A stretch of DNA of 64,000 nt from an uncultured Spirochaetota bacterium (GCA_963835575.1 CAWIGG010000004.1:798532-862531), one strand, 5' to 3'; shown: positions 1 through 9,161, numbered from the stretch's first letter. The notes: generated by a model not told the origin, from the sequence alone. Translations and numbers: made by a program.

Positions 1-234
1 AAACAGTTTCGCGTTTATGATGTACAGGTACAATATCAAACTTAATGAAAAACTAAAAGAAACCCAGGAAAAGTTCAAGGGATAAATTACCCGGACAAAA
101 ATTCCATTTTAAACATAGGCACTTCAAAATTCAATTTATTTTTAAATTTTATTAATTATCATTGCTTTGACACATTTATCCATAATAAATAAAATATTTC
201 AGCTTAATTATTAATACGTAATTTGGAGTTAATA

Positions 235-1089
235 ATGAAAAGAATTTTATTTATTCTGGCTGCCATTCATTGCATCCCGGCTTTTATTTTTCCGGCCCCT
301 GTCTATAACGGCTCGGAAGGTTATATAACGGCGCCTTCCGCTGAGGTATTGTCCAACGGCACCGTGTCCGCCGCCTTAAAATACACCTACATGGATACTT
401 TTACCGGGGCCGTCAATATTGTACTATTGCCTGGTTTTGAAGCCGGCGCCGGCTGGGATGTCAATACAAGCCCTCAAAGTCCGGTCCTTGCGGGCGTCAA
501 ATACCAATTCCTTGATAATCCAGCGCTGGCCGTCGGCTTTACAGGTGAAATAAGCACGGGGCAGGGGCAGAATTATTATACCATCTATATTGCTCTGCAG
601 GAAAAAATGCCCGGCTTTGACACCACGCTTTCCTTCGGCTATACGGTCGGGATGGAAACGCTTCTCAATTTCTCCATAGGCTTTCAAAAAGAGCTCTTCA
701 TTCCCCAGTTCTGCCTGATCGGGGATTTTTCGAATTATCCCTATAAGTATTTTCCCGCCGTTTCCTATAATAGTCCCGCGCGAGGAATAGTGAATCTTGG
801 TCTGAGGCTCTATCCATTTTCCTTTTTATCGATTGATATAATAGGGCTGGATGTCATGGATGGCGAGAGGGATTTCGCGGCGGGGGTGAATTTTAGTTGG
901 GATTTGTGGGGAGTGAGGGGAACAAAGGATAGCCACGCACAGAGAACACGGAGAGTGAGTTATTTAGAGGTATCCTATTATAGGTATTCGATGTCTGATG
1001 GTAATAGTACATTAGAATTAAACACGAAGAACACGAAGGACCACGAAGAAGGAATCGAACCGCGAATGCACGCGAATAAACGCGAATGA
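235..1089 (+). CDS. hypothetical exported / outer-membrane-type protein; 3' end doubtful because the last ~65 codons read through a repeat array
   Basis: ORF 223..1089. GGAG lies 7 nt before ATG-235. Signal-like N-terminus MKRILFILAAIHCIPAF. Beta-strand-rich body ends ..AAGVNFSW near 900. The tail ..NTKNTKDHEEGIEPRMHANKRE is a translation of the 10-nt repeat words. Confidence 0.5.
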   Translation: MKRILFILAAIHCIPAFIFPAPVYNGSEGYITAPSAEVLSNGTVSAALKYTYMDTFTGAVNIVLLPGFEAGAGWDVNTSPQSPVLAGVKYQFLDNPALAVGFTGEISTGQGQNYYTIYIALQEKMPGFDTTLSFGYTVGMETLLNFSIGFQKELFIPQFCLIGDFSNYPYKYFPAVSYNSPARGIVNLGLRLYPFSFLSIDIIGLDVMDGERDFAAGVNFSWDLWGVRGTKDSHAQRTRRVSYLEVSYYRYSMSDGNSTLELNTKNTKDHEEGIEPRMHANKRE

Positions 1090-1520
1090 GGAACAACGGG
1101 GGACGGTGGGGAATTGTTGGGGAAATGAAGAAGCCACACTCAGACTGTGTGAAAAGTCGGTGTTTTGCATCGTAATTCTATATTTTTCGTTCCGTAACTT
1201 CAATAAATACGTGGCGAAAAATAGTTTTCACACAGTCTGACTGAGTGCTGAGCGGTTTCCTCGGTAGTACTGCTGAAAGAAGAAGCGGTAAACTCGGGAA
1301 CCGGGCGTTTCAATATCGAAAGCCCGGTCGCCGAGTTCACCGTTCCCTGCTTTGCCGCACTACCGAGGCGACCGGATCAGAAGAATTGATTTTAAGAAAA
1401 AAAGGAGAACAAGGCCGGACGCTGAGTAACCGCTGTTTTATAACACGGTCACTTCGATGCTTCGACCCGGCTCAGCACAAGTACGCGGTTTAGTACCGCT
1501 ACTCAGTGACCGGTCTTTTA
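890..1520. repeat. stack of intergenic word arrays and long imperfect palindromes (no credible CDS)
   Basis: Word array at 1021-1090 (aacacgaaga acacgaagga ccacgaagaa .. cgcgaatgca cgcgaataaa cgcgaatgag). Inverted repeat 1137-1155 / 1225-1247 (cactcag..actgtgtgaaaa). Nested stems 1259-1268/1359-1368, 1291-1297/1331-1337 and 1301-1306/1322-1327. Alternative stems lie in 1422-1512. Confidence 0.75.
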
Positions 1521-1589
1521 AAAATAAATGCGGTGTATCGAAGCGTCCATATTAAATAAACAAGAACATAAAAAAACAAGGAGCCCCCC

Positions 1590-3158
1590 ATGACCAAAAC
1601 AATAACAACCGCCATCATTTTTATTTCCTGCCTTATTTCCATTTTCCATGCCGATCAGCCAAGAATCCAATTTACAGCAGCCGACATTGCGCCCAGAATG
1701 AAAATATTCGGCACCGGCCGGAATTTTTACGGCGTCGTTAATACCGTAGAGACGCACGGCGGTGCGTCTCCGTGGCAGTCCGCCGGCAACCCGCCGCACT
1801 GGCTGGTTTTTGATGGAAAGGGGGATTTCGAGGGGATGGCGTTCAACGGCCTGTTCAATATCAGTCAAATAAACATATATATAAAGAAGGGAGAACAGTA
1901 CATTGATAAAATCACATTGACAAACATTGATACCACGAATGGCAGTGTAGAGACGCGATTCATCGCGTCTCCGTCTCAATCAAACAACCTTGTTTCCGCC
2001 ACACGTTTTAAAATAGAATTTGAAGGGACGAATGCCTTGGTTTCTAATATTTCTATTTATGGAAGGCTGGATGAAAAAAAGGACTATAGCGTAGCGAGAA
2101 AATACGATTTGACTAAAGAAGAACGTGATTTGATGGACGCGAGCGGCCGGAGTTTCAACCAGAAAAAATACGGCGACGCACTGGCCCGGAATGAGGAAGC
2201 GATAAAGCAAAACCCTGAAAATCCCTATCCTTATATGAACATGGGGCAGATCAACCAGGCCGTGGCGGAAAAAAGCGAGGAGCATACGGATTTTTTAAAA
2301 TACATGAAACAATCCATAGAAAAATACGAGGCCGCCGACCGTACGGATAACCCTGAAAGGCTTGCATTGGTTCAGCGGATGGCCCAAATCTATCAAAATA
2401 ACCTCCTGGACCAGGAAATGGCTGCCCAAAAATGGAAGGAATATATCGATTTAATGGAAGCGAACGGCAGTTCCGGCAACAAGCTGGCGGGAGCATTGGC
2501 GTCGCTTTACGGGAACCAGCCATTAAAAAAGGACAATGCGGGATATCTTGCGGCGATGGAAAAGTTAGTGGGGCTTACCGGGGAAGGACAGGTGAACGGG
2601 AACAACCGGGATGTTTACGGCGAACTGGTGTATTACATTGGCTATCAGGAAATGTATACAAAAAACTATGACAAGGTCATTAAAATCGCCAACCTTCTGA
2701 TAAAGAATTTCCCAGGCATTGAATCCGGAGAATTCCCGTACGGTCAGGAACACCTTGCCCTTGCCGATATGGCCCTGGGCCGCTGGCAGGACGCCATCGA
2801 GGCATGGAAATGGATAATTGATAATGGTAAAACGGCTATAACAATACCAGCCTTTAATTTATCCTATTGCTTATATAAAAATAGTAATATAGATGAAGCA
2901 TATCAGTGGTATGTTTATACTGTAAGTGTCAAATTATGGTTTGAGAATCCAAATGGTATAAAATCGGAAATAGAATCTGTTTATAACTTACATAAAGACA
3001 TAAGATTTAAAGTAACATCGGAAAAATTTGCAAAGGCAGCTTTTAAAGATATTAAAAATTTATTAATTACCAAAAAAATTATTAATGATAATTGGTTAAT
3101 AGATTTAGAAAAAACGGTTAACACTTATTTATTGAAATATAGCGTAAAAATCAAATAG
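1590..3158 (+). CDS. secreted protein, discoidin/F5-8C-like N-terminal domain plus helical TPR-like C-terminal region
   Basis: AAGGAG lies 7 nt before the ATG. Signal peptide MTKTITTAIIFISCLISIFHA. Motif ASPWQSAGNPPHWLVFDG is typical of discoidin-type domains. The C-terminal half is helical-repeat-like. Confidence 0.6.
   Translation: MTKTITTAIIFISCLISIFHADQPRIQFTAADIAPRMKIFGTGRNFYGVVNTVETHGGASPWQSAGNPPHWLVFDGKGDFEGMAFNGLFNISQINIYIKKGEQYIDKITLTNIDTTNGSVETRFIASPSQSNNLVSATRFKIEFEGTNALVSNISIYGRLDEKKDYSVARKYDLTKEERDLMDASGRSFNQKKYGDALARNEEAIKQNPENPYPYMNMGQINQAVAEKSEEHTDFLKYMKQSIEKYEAADRTDNPERLALVQRMAQIYQNNLLDQEMAAQKWKEYIDLMEANGSSGNKLAGALASLYGNQPLKKDNAGYLAAMEKLVGLTGEGQVNGNNRDVYGELVYYIGYQEMYTKNYDKVIKIANLLIKNFPGIESGEFPYGQEHLALADMALGRWQDAIEAWKWIIDNGKTAITIPAFNLSYCLYKNSNIDEAYQWYVYTVSVKLWFENPNGIKSEIESVYNLHKDIRFKVTSEKFAKAAFKDIKNLLITKKIINDNWLIDLEKTVNTYLLKYSVKIK
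1746..1773. repeat. GTAGAGACG-family hairpin, copy 1 (inside CDS 1590..3158)
   Basis: gtaGAGACGCACggcgGTGCGTCTCcgt. 9-bp stem 1749-1757/1762-1770, 4-nt loop. Translated in frame as VETHGGASP. Confidence 0.8.
1947..1974. repeat. GTAGAGACG-family hairpin, copy 2 (inside CDS 1590..3158)
   Basis: gtaGAGACGCGAttcaTCGCGTCTCcgt. 9-bp stem 1950-1958/1963-1971. Same reading frame as copy 1, translated as VETRFIASP. Confidence 0.8.
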
Positions 3159-3194
3159 GGAAATTTTATTTAAACCGCAAAAATGGGAGAGAAG

Positions 3195-3698
3195 ATGTTT
3201 AAAATATTAAAAGTATTATTTTTTTCAACAATATCACTTTTATTTTTCTTTAATTTTAGTTTTAGTATAAAGATTGGATTAGATAGTGGACATTCTATTA
3301 AAGAGTTATATAAAAGTGGTGGCGCATTTATGGTTAAAGAGCAAACTGATCCAAATAAACCACCAGTAGATGTCCCTTATTTTTCCGTCGCCTGGCCGAA
3401 GGGGGGCGTGAAGGTCAGAACATCAGACAGCGATATCAGCACGGCGGAGGGCGTTTTCGGCACTTATGTCGAGATGAACAACAGTGTGGATTTCGCGAAC
3501 TGGAATGATGCGGCTTCAGCTATTTCAGTGGGCGGCCTTCCTTATAAATGGCAGGATGTGAGGTGGGTGCAAGCTCTAGCCAGAACAGGGGATACAAATC
3601 AAAGCATTCATAGTATAAAGTTTTTTGCCTTTATTAAAAAATCAATCATTATCAAACAGATTGCTTCGTTTGATGGTAATTGGCAAAGGCTTAAGTAA
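3195..3698 (+). CDS. small exported hypothetical protein
   Basis: ORF 3183..3698. GGGAGAG lies just upstream of ATG-3195. Hydrophobic N-terminus MFKILKVLFFSTISLLFFFNF. Confidence 0.45.
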   Translation: MFKILKVLFFSTISLLFFFNFSFSIKIGLDSGHSIKELYKSGGAFMVKEQTDPNKPPVDVPYFSVAWPKGGVKVRTSDSDISTAEGVFGTYVEMNNSVDFANWNDAASAISVGGLPYKWQDVRWVQALARTGDTNQSIHSIKFFAFIKKSIIIKQIASFDGNWQRLK

Positions 3699-3699
3699 G

Positions 3700-4230
3700 A
3701 GTCTCGCAATGACGTTTTGTGTTTCCGGCGCATCTCACCCTCAACCCTTCTTAGCAATATTTTTTTACTTCAGAAGCGAGTAAAACAATACAGGCGTCTT
3801 TAATTAAAACTAAATCCTATTAATCCGCGCCAATCCTGATAATCCTGTTGAACTTGTGCTGAGCCTGCCGAAGCGTTGGGGTCTATTTTAAAGCTTCAAT
3901 AAAATTAAGAATGGATTTTAAACAATATCTTTTTGTATAACCGGCGTAGCCGACAACATTAATCTCCGAACCTTTCCGTGACCTTCCGTGTAATTCCGTG
4001 GCTATTCCCCGTTGGTGCCCTTCATGGCCCTCAAAAAAAGGCGAATTATATTAATAACTTTTGTTTAAGATAATCCTTCGTGACCTTCGTGTTAAAAATA
4101 GAATGAAAATTATTATATTAAAGAATCGTTGCCAATAAAAAAGAATTAGAAGCTCAAAAGCCACCACCACCCTTAGCGTTTCTTCGCGCGTCTTAGCGGA
4201 TTACCCCCGTCCTCTATTCCTCCGTGGCTA
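3700..4230. repeat. ORF-free mosaic of one-armed repeat words, mostly the reverse complement of those at 890-1100
   Basis: ctcgcaatgacg at 3703-3714 (same 12-mer as 58941-58952). aatcct words at 3813-3850. cttgtgctgagcctgccgaagcg at ~3853-3876. tttccgtgaccttccgtgtaattccgtggc at 3973-4002. ccttcgtgaccttcgtgtt at 4075-4093. 34-mer at 4173-4206. Confidence 0.75.
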
Positions 4231-4232
4231 CC

Positions 4233-5276
4233 TTACAACAGCACCACCCTTTCAATCTCCCCGCTCGCGTAAACAAAATCACCCTTATAAAACACGGCGA
4301 ACTGCCCCGGCGTAATGATTTCGTGCGGCCTGTCGAGCTCGACATGCGCCGAGTCTTCCTTTATTTTGACATCCCCATCAATAACCGCGCTCTGGTAGCG
4401 GACCTGGACGCCGTACCTGCCCGCAATGAATTTATCCGTGAAGATATTGAGCTTTTTGACATTGAATTCCTTTGAGAGCGGCTTTTCACCCAGCTTGATC
4501 GTGTTATTCTTCACGTCAAACTCCCTGATATAGACCCTCTCGCCGGCGGCGACATTCAGGCCGCGGCGCTGGCCGAAGCTGTAAAAGGGAATGCCTTTAT
4601 GGATACCGGCTTTTTTATCCTGATAAATAAACGAGCCTTCTTTTTCAATCACGCCCTGTGTCCTTAAAAATTCACGGTAGTCGTCTTTGATAAAGCAGAT
4701 GTCCTGGCTTTCGGCTTTATGCGGGGAAATGGGAAGTTTGGCTTTTTCCACTATCGAACGGATTTCTTTTTTATGGTATCCGCCGAGCGGCAGTTTTATA
4801 AAGGGGAGTTTATTCTTTTCGATGTAGGATAAAAAATAGGACTGGTCTTTCGAAGGGTCGAGACCTTTTTCAATTAAAAAGTCGCCGCCCTGTTTAATGA
4901 CGCCGGCGTAATGGCCCGTCGCGAAAAATTCCGCTCCCTGGGAAAGGCTGTATTCCAGGAGCGCGCCGAATTTGACATAGCGGTTGCAGAGGACGCATGG
5001 GTTCGGCGTGAGCCCTGCCTGGTAGCTTTTGATGAAATTCTGTATTATTTTCGCCTGGAAGACATCCTTGACATCGATGATCTTGTGGGGAATTCCAAGG
5101 AATGAACAAACCGATTTCGCGGCGGTGATCTCCTCGATGCTGCAGCATTTTTTATATCCCTCTTCCTGAAAAGCGGTAAAAGTGACGCCGGTTACGGAAT
5201 GGCCTTCTTCTTTCAACAGGAACGCGGCGGCGGAGCTGTCGATGCCCCCGCTCATCCCGGCAAATACTTCAGCCAT
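4233..5276 (-). CDS. mnmA: tRNA-specific 2-thiouridylase MnmA
   Basis: PP-loop motif GMSGGIDSS at the N-terminus. Conserved NPCVLCN and C-terminal barrel region. 347 aa, typical length. Confidence 0.93.
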   Translation of the reverse strand: MAEVFAGMSGGIDSSAAAFLLKEEGHSVTGVTFTAFQEEGYKKCCSIEEITAAKSVCSFLGIPHKIIDVKDVFQAKIIQNFIKSYQAGLTPNPCVLCNRYVKFGALLEYSLSQGAEFFATGHYAGVIKQGGDFLIEKGLDPSKDQSYFLSYIEKNKLPFIKLPLGGYHKKEIRSIVEKAKLPISPHKAESQDICFIKDDYREFLRTQGVIEKEGSFIYQDKKAGIHKGIPFYSFGQRRGLNVAAGERVYIREFDVKNNTIKLGEKPLSKEFNVKKLNIFTDKFIAGRYGVQVRYQSAVIDGDVKIKEDSAHVELDRPHEIITPGQFAVFYKGDFVYASGEIERVVLL

Positions 5277-5277
5277 A

Positions 5278-5862
5278 TCAGAGCTTTTTCAGCCTGTCCT
5301 TCTGATTTTTCAGAAAACCCATTTTATCGAGACTTTTTGACTTTGGAAAAAAAGTCAGGATGTCGATAAATTTGGTCTGCTTGGGTTTCATGCTTTCCTT
5401 ATTCAATTCGATGTAATCGATCGTTTCCTGGTCCGTGATCTTATCGATAAGCCTGGCGCCTTCGCTCGAAAGGCTCAGGAGGTAATAGCTCGTGCCGACC
5501 TTGACGATCTGCAGAAAGCTCCCCATTCCTATGGATTTGGTCAGTATAGTCTCGATGATCTTCTCGTCCGCTGTCGCCGGCAGGGCCCCTTTGGAGACAA
5601 GGAACCTGATGAGAAAATAAGCGGCGACTCCGAAGACGCCGATATACAGGATGATCTTTACGGCCGTCCAGAGAGGGTTGGGGGTGGAGATGTTTTTATT
5701 TTTATCATTGGTTGGTTTATCCTGTTCATAATAATCCTGGAGGAACGGTTTATTGTTTGTGTTTGAAGGGTTATTTGATGAATTGATATTTGTCTGCTGG
5801 CTGAAACCCGATAGGGACAGGAATAAAAAAAAGGACATGATTATAAAAGCAGATTTTTTCAT
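5278..5862 (-). CDS. FliO/FliZ-like membrane protein (orphan, not next to fliP)
   Basis: Signal peptide, N/Q/K-rich linker and a single TM. Then ..SIGMGSFLQIVKVGTSYYLLSLSSEGARLIDKI.., matching the architecture and motif of FliO/FliZ-type proteins as I recall them. Confidence 0.5.
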   Translation of the reverse strand: MKKSAFIIMSFFLFLSLSGFSQQTNINSSNNPSNTNNKPFLQDYYEQDKPTNDKNKNISTPNPLWTAVKIILYIGVFGVAAYFLIRFLVSKGALPATADEKIIETILTKSIGMGSFLQIVKVGTSYYLLSLSSEGARLIDKITDQETIDYIELNKESMKPKQTKFIDILTFFPKSKSLDKMGFLKNQKDRLKKL

Positions 5863-5891
5863 ATTATTATCCCCTTCGATTCAATAATTTA

Positions 5892-6848
5892 TTAAAAACC
5901 GATATTAATGATCGGCATAAATCCGGCCCATCCCTGTTTGACAAAGTTAAGCAGGCCTATCTGAACGCCGTGCAGCGTCCGGGCGGTATTCATAAAGCCG
6001 ACCTGGGCTCCAATTACATTACCGGCGGTATTAATCAGGCCGAATTGCGCGCCGATCAGATCGCCTTTGATATTGTTAATAATACCGGCTTGCATACCAA
6101 GCATTTTATCATTTGCAGTGCAGATTAATCCGTCCTGGGTCCCGATGATCATTCCGCATTCACTGATCAGCCCTGCCTGCACGCCGATTATTTTAGAATT
6201 ATAACCGGTGATTAAAACAACTGCCACCCCTGTGATCATAAAATTTTCCGGAATCAGCTGAATGCGCCGGACAAATGAAAGCTGAACAGGGAAAAAACCT
6301 TCTGTTCTTGTGTATTTTTCTTCGGGAATATTCGTTTGAACAGTCTGCTCCTCGATTTTTTCGCCTTTTGATTTCTGAATAATATCTTTCACCGCTTCGG
6401 GAATCTTGCCGCTGATCTCCGCGATGCCCCTGCCTTTAATTTCTTCATAGATTTCAATTGTCCCCGTGGAGATATCAATTACTTTAATAAGAAGCTGGTA
6501 TTCATCTTCGATCTTGAAGAGTGAGCCCATTATGATCTTGCCGGCGCCCGCGATACTGCCGACGCGCGCCGCGTCATTTTCGGCTATGCCTGATGATTGA
6601 AGTTTTTGTTCCTCAAGGATTTTAGAAAGCTGGGCCCTTTCAACAATAATGTACGCCTTTTGCCTGACAAACTCGCTCTGGATCATTTCTGAAAAGCCTG
6701 AGGTTTCAATTTCCTCGCCTTTGATCCGCGAGTCTATTCCCAGGACGGCGATTTTGGTGGCCGGGTCCCAGCAGAAAGCCCGGACGCTTAAAAAGAGAAA
6801 CAGTATTATTAACGCTTTATTTAACATAAACAACCTTTTATTAAACAC
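5892..6848 (-). CDS. exported protein: CsgG/FlgO-like N-terminal domain plus C-terminal G-x-Q-x-G-h-h-N repeat array
   Basis: KIAVLGIDSR..FVRQKAYIIVERAQLSKILEEQKLQSSG..GAGKIIMGSL fits the CsgG-type lipoprotein pattern. The C-terminus has about 7 repeats (GVQAGLISE, GMQAGIINN, GAQFGLINT, GAQVGFMNT, GVQIGLLNF). Confidence 0.6.
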   Translation of the reverse strand: MFNKRLFMLNKALIILFLFLSVRAFCWDPATKIAVLGIDSRIKGEEIETSGFSEMIQSEFVRQKAYIIVERAQLSKILEEQKLQSSGIAENDAARVGSIAGAGKIIMGSLFKIEDEYQLLIKVIDISTGTIEIYEEIKGRGIAEISGKIPEAVKDIIQKSKGEKIEEQTVQTNIPEEKYTRTEGFFPVQLSFVRRIQLIPENFMITGVAVVLITGYNSKIIGVQAGLISECGMIIGTQDGLICTANDKMLGMQAGIINNIKGDLIGAQFGLINTAGNVIGAQVGFMNTARTLHGVQIGLLNFVKQGWAGFMPIINIGF

Positions 6849-7025
6849 CGGTTATGATATCATTTTTTTCAAGAATTTTCAAGAATAAGCGGTACAAAAG
6901 TCATTCATACATAAAGAATTATTTTTACAGTGATTGATAATTCACAACCCCGGGATTATAATATACAATCATAAAGACAGGATTATATATCTGTATCTTT
7001 TTAATTATTTGAGAGGAGCGGCCGG

Positions 7026-9161
7026 ATGGATTATCCTTTAATACATAAAACAAAGCGGAAAATATCAGACGGGCTGTTTTACCCGATGGGTGCGAATTTA
7101 ACGGCTGACGGCTGTAATTTTACCCTCTATTCGCAGTCCGCTCAGGAAGTATACCTCCTTTTATTCGATAAGCCGGACGGAAGCCCGACAGACATAATCC
7201 GTGTGGAGGAAAAAACAAAAAATATCCGGCATGTTTTTATTCATGGGATCAAAGCCGGCCAGCTTTACGCTTATAAAGTCAGAGGGGAATACAATCCGGC
7301 GGCCGGACTGCGCTTTAATGAAAAGAAACTGCTGATTGACCCATACGCGAAGGCTTTTACACACAAATATTACAATAAGGACAATCTGCTTCTTGCTTAT
7401 GATTCGCTATCTCCTGATAAAGACCTTACCATGGACAGCCGCGATAATACGGCAATAGTCCCGAAATGCATTGTCATTGATAATTCTTTTGACTGGCAGG
7501 GCGATAAGCTTCTGGAAATACCTTTTGATAAGCTGATCATTTATGAAACTCATCTGAAAGGCTTTACGGCCCATCCTTCATCCGGCGTCGCCAGGCCGGG
7601 GACCTATCCGGGTTTTATTGAAAAGATCCCATATTTGAAATCTCTCGGGATCAACGCTGTCGAGCTTCTGCCTATCCAGGAATTTTATATTGAGGATTTT
7701 TTAACGGACAGAAATCTGACCAATTACTGGGGATATAACACTGTCGGGTTCTTTGCGCCGGAAATATCCTACAGCACCAGGAAACACCCCGGGTGCCAGG
7801 TCAGAGAATTCAAGACATTGGTGAGGGAACTTCATAAAGCCGGAATTGAAGTCATCATGGATGTCGTTTATAATCATACTGCCGAAGGCAATGAACTGGG
7901 GCCGACATTATCTTTCAAAGGAATTGATAATCTGACTTATTACAGCCTGACGGGTTATCCTGATGAACTTCTGCGGAATTATGTCAATTATACGGGATGC
8001 GGCAACACGGTGAATCTGGCCAATCCAACCGTTATCCGCTTTGTGATGGATTCTCTCCGGTATTGGGCTGAAGTAATGCATGTCGACGGCTTCCGCTTTG
8101 ATCTGGCGTCCGTTCTCGGGCGAGAAGAGGGATTGTTTCAGAAATCCGCTTCTTTTTTCGACGCGATATCTCAGGACCCGGTCCTTTCCCATGTCAAGCT
8201 GATCGCGGAACCATGGGACCTGGGTACATACCAGGTGGGCAATTTTCCGATAGACTGGGCGGAATGGAATGGGAAATTCCGAGACACAGTCAGAAAATTT
8301 ATGAAAGGCGATGGAGGCCAGGCCTCTGACCTCGCGAAGCGGCTGACCGGTTCGTCGGACCTTTACGGCGATGGCGGCAGGTCCGCCTTTAACAGCATTA
8401 ATTTTATCACAAGCCATGACGGTTTTACCATGTTTGACCTGGTTTCATATAACAGCAAGCATAATGAAGACAATCTGGATGATAACCGTGACGGCTCCAG
8501 CGACAATAATTCATGGAACTGCGGCTTCGAAGGAGAGACAAAAGACAAAGACATCCTGGGATTCAGAAAAAAGATGATCAAAAACTTTGCCTGCGTTCTC
8601 TCTTTTTCACTCGGCACGCCGATGATCCTTTCCGGCGATGAGATGATGAGGACGCAGAAAGGGAATAATAACGCTTACTGTCAGGATAATTTCATCAGCT
8701 GGTTTAACTGGGAACTCGCAGAACATAATTCAGACCTGGTTGAATTTTTCAGGAAAGCCGTGGCTTTAAGGAAGAAATATTCCATTTTACAGCGGAAGCA
8801 TTTCTTTAACGGCCTGGATAATAATTTTAATCAAAAAGCGGATTGCACCTGGTATGACCGGGAATTGAAGACGCCGGATTGGAACAATCCCGATTTGAGG
8901 TTTATCAGTTATGAATTGGACGGAAGCGAGGAAAATTCGGAACTGGGCGAATATTTTCTTTATTTTATCCTGAATTCTGAAAACAGGAACAGACAGGTCC
9001 GATTGCCCTCTCTTGACAAAGGCAAAAAATGGCACAGGATTGTGGACACAAGCCTTCCGGCCGGCGAGGATTTTAAATCCGGCGGCGGTGAAATATTATT
9101 GGACCTTCAGGACGGCTACAATTCAAACGCCAATTCAGTTGTTGTTCTTATCGGTAAATAA
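7026..9161 (+). CDS. glgX: glycogen debranching enzyme GlgX (GH13)
   Basis: 711 aa. N-terminal CBM48-like region. GH13 motifs VIMDVVYNHT, GFRFDLASVL, IAEPWD and FITSHDGF. Confidence 0.9.
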   Translation: MDYPLIHKTKRKISDGLFYPMGANLTADGCNFTLYSQSAQEVYLLLFDKPDGSPTDIIRVEEKTKNIRHVFIHGIKAGQLYAYKVRGEYNPAAGLRFNEKKLLIDPYAKAFTHKYYNKDNLLLAYDSLSPDKDLTMDSRDNTAIVPKCIVIDNSFDWQGDKLLEIPFDKLIIYETHLKGFTAHPSSGVARPGTYPGFIEKIPYLKSLGINAVELLPIQEFYIEDFLTDRNLTNYWGYNTVGFFAPEISYSTRKHPGCQVREFKTLVRELHKAGIEVIMDVVYNHTAEGNELGPTLSFKGIDNLTYYSLTGYPDELLRNYVNYTGCGNTVNLANPTVIRFVMDSLRYWAEVMHVDGFRFDLASVLGREEGLFQKSASFFDAISQDPVLSHVKLIAEPWDLGTYQVGNFPIDWAEWNGKFRDTVRKFMKGDGGQASDLAKRLTGSSDLYGDGGRSAFNSINFITSHDGFTMFDLVSYNSKHNEDNLDDNRDGSSDNNSWNCGFEGETKDKDILGFRKKMIKNFACVLSFSLGTPMILSGDEMMRTQKGNNNAYCQDNFISWFNWELAEHNSDLVEFFRKAVALRKKYSILQRKHFFNGLDNNFNQKADCTWYDRELKTPDWNNPDLRFISYELDGSEENSELGEYFLYFILNSENRNRQVRLPSLDKGKKWHRIVDTSLPAGEDFKSGGGEILLDLQDGYNSNANSVVVLIGK

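Noticed and set aside
1518-1979. 153-aa minus-strand ORF (MRRRRDESRLY..) overlapping the 5' part of CDS 1590..3158.
   Set aside because: Its distinctive peptides are just the reverse translation of the two GTAGAGACG hairpins. The plus-strand ORF has an RBS, a signal peptide and a recognisable domain.
890-4230. Short regularly spaced repeats considered as a possible CRISPR array.
   Set aside because: The period is 7-10 nt with no unique spacers. Units are degenerate words arranged as inverted arms. No cas genes are present in the window.
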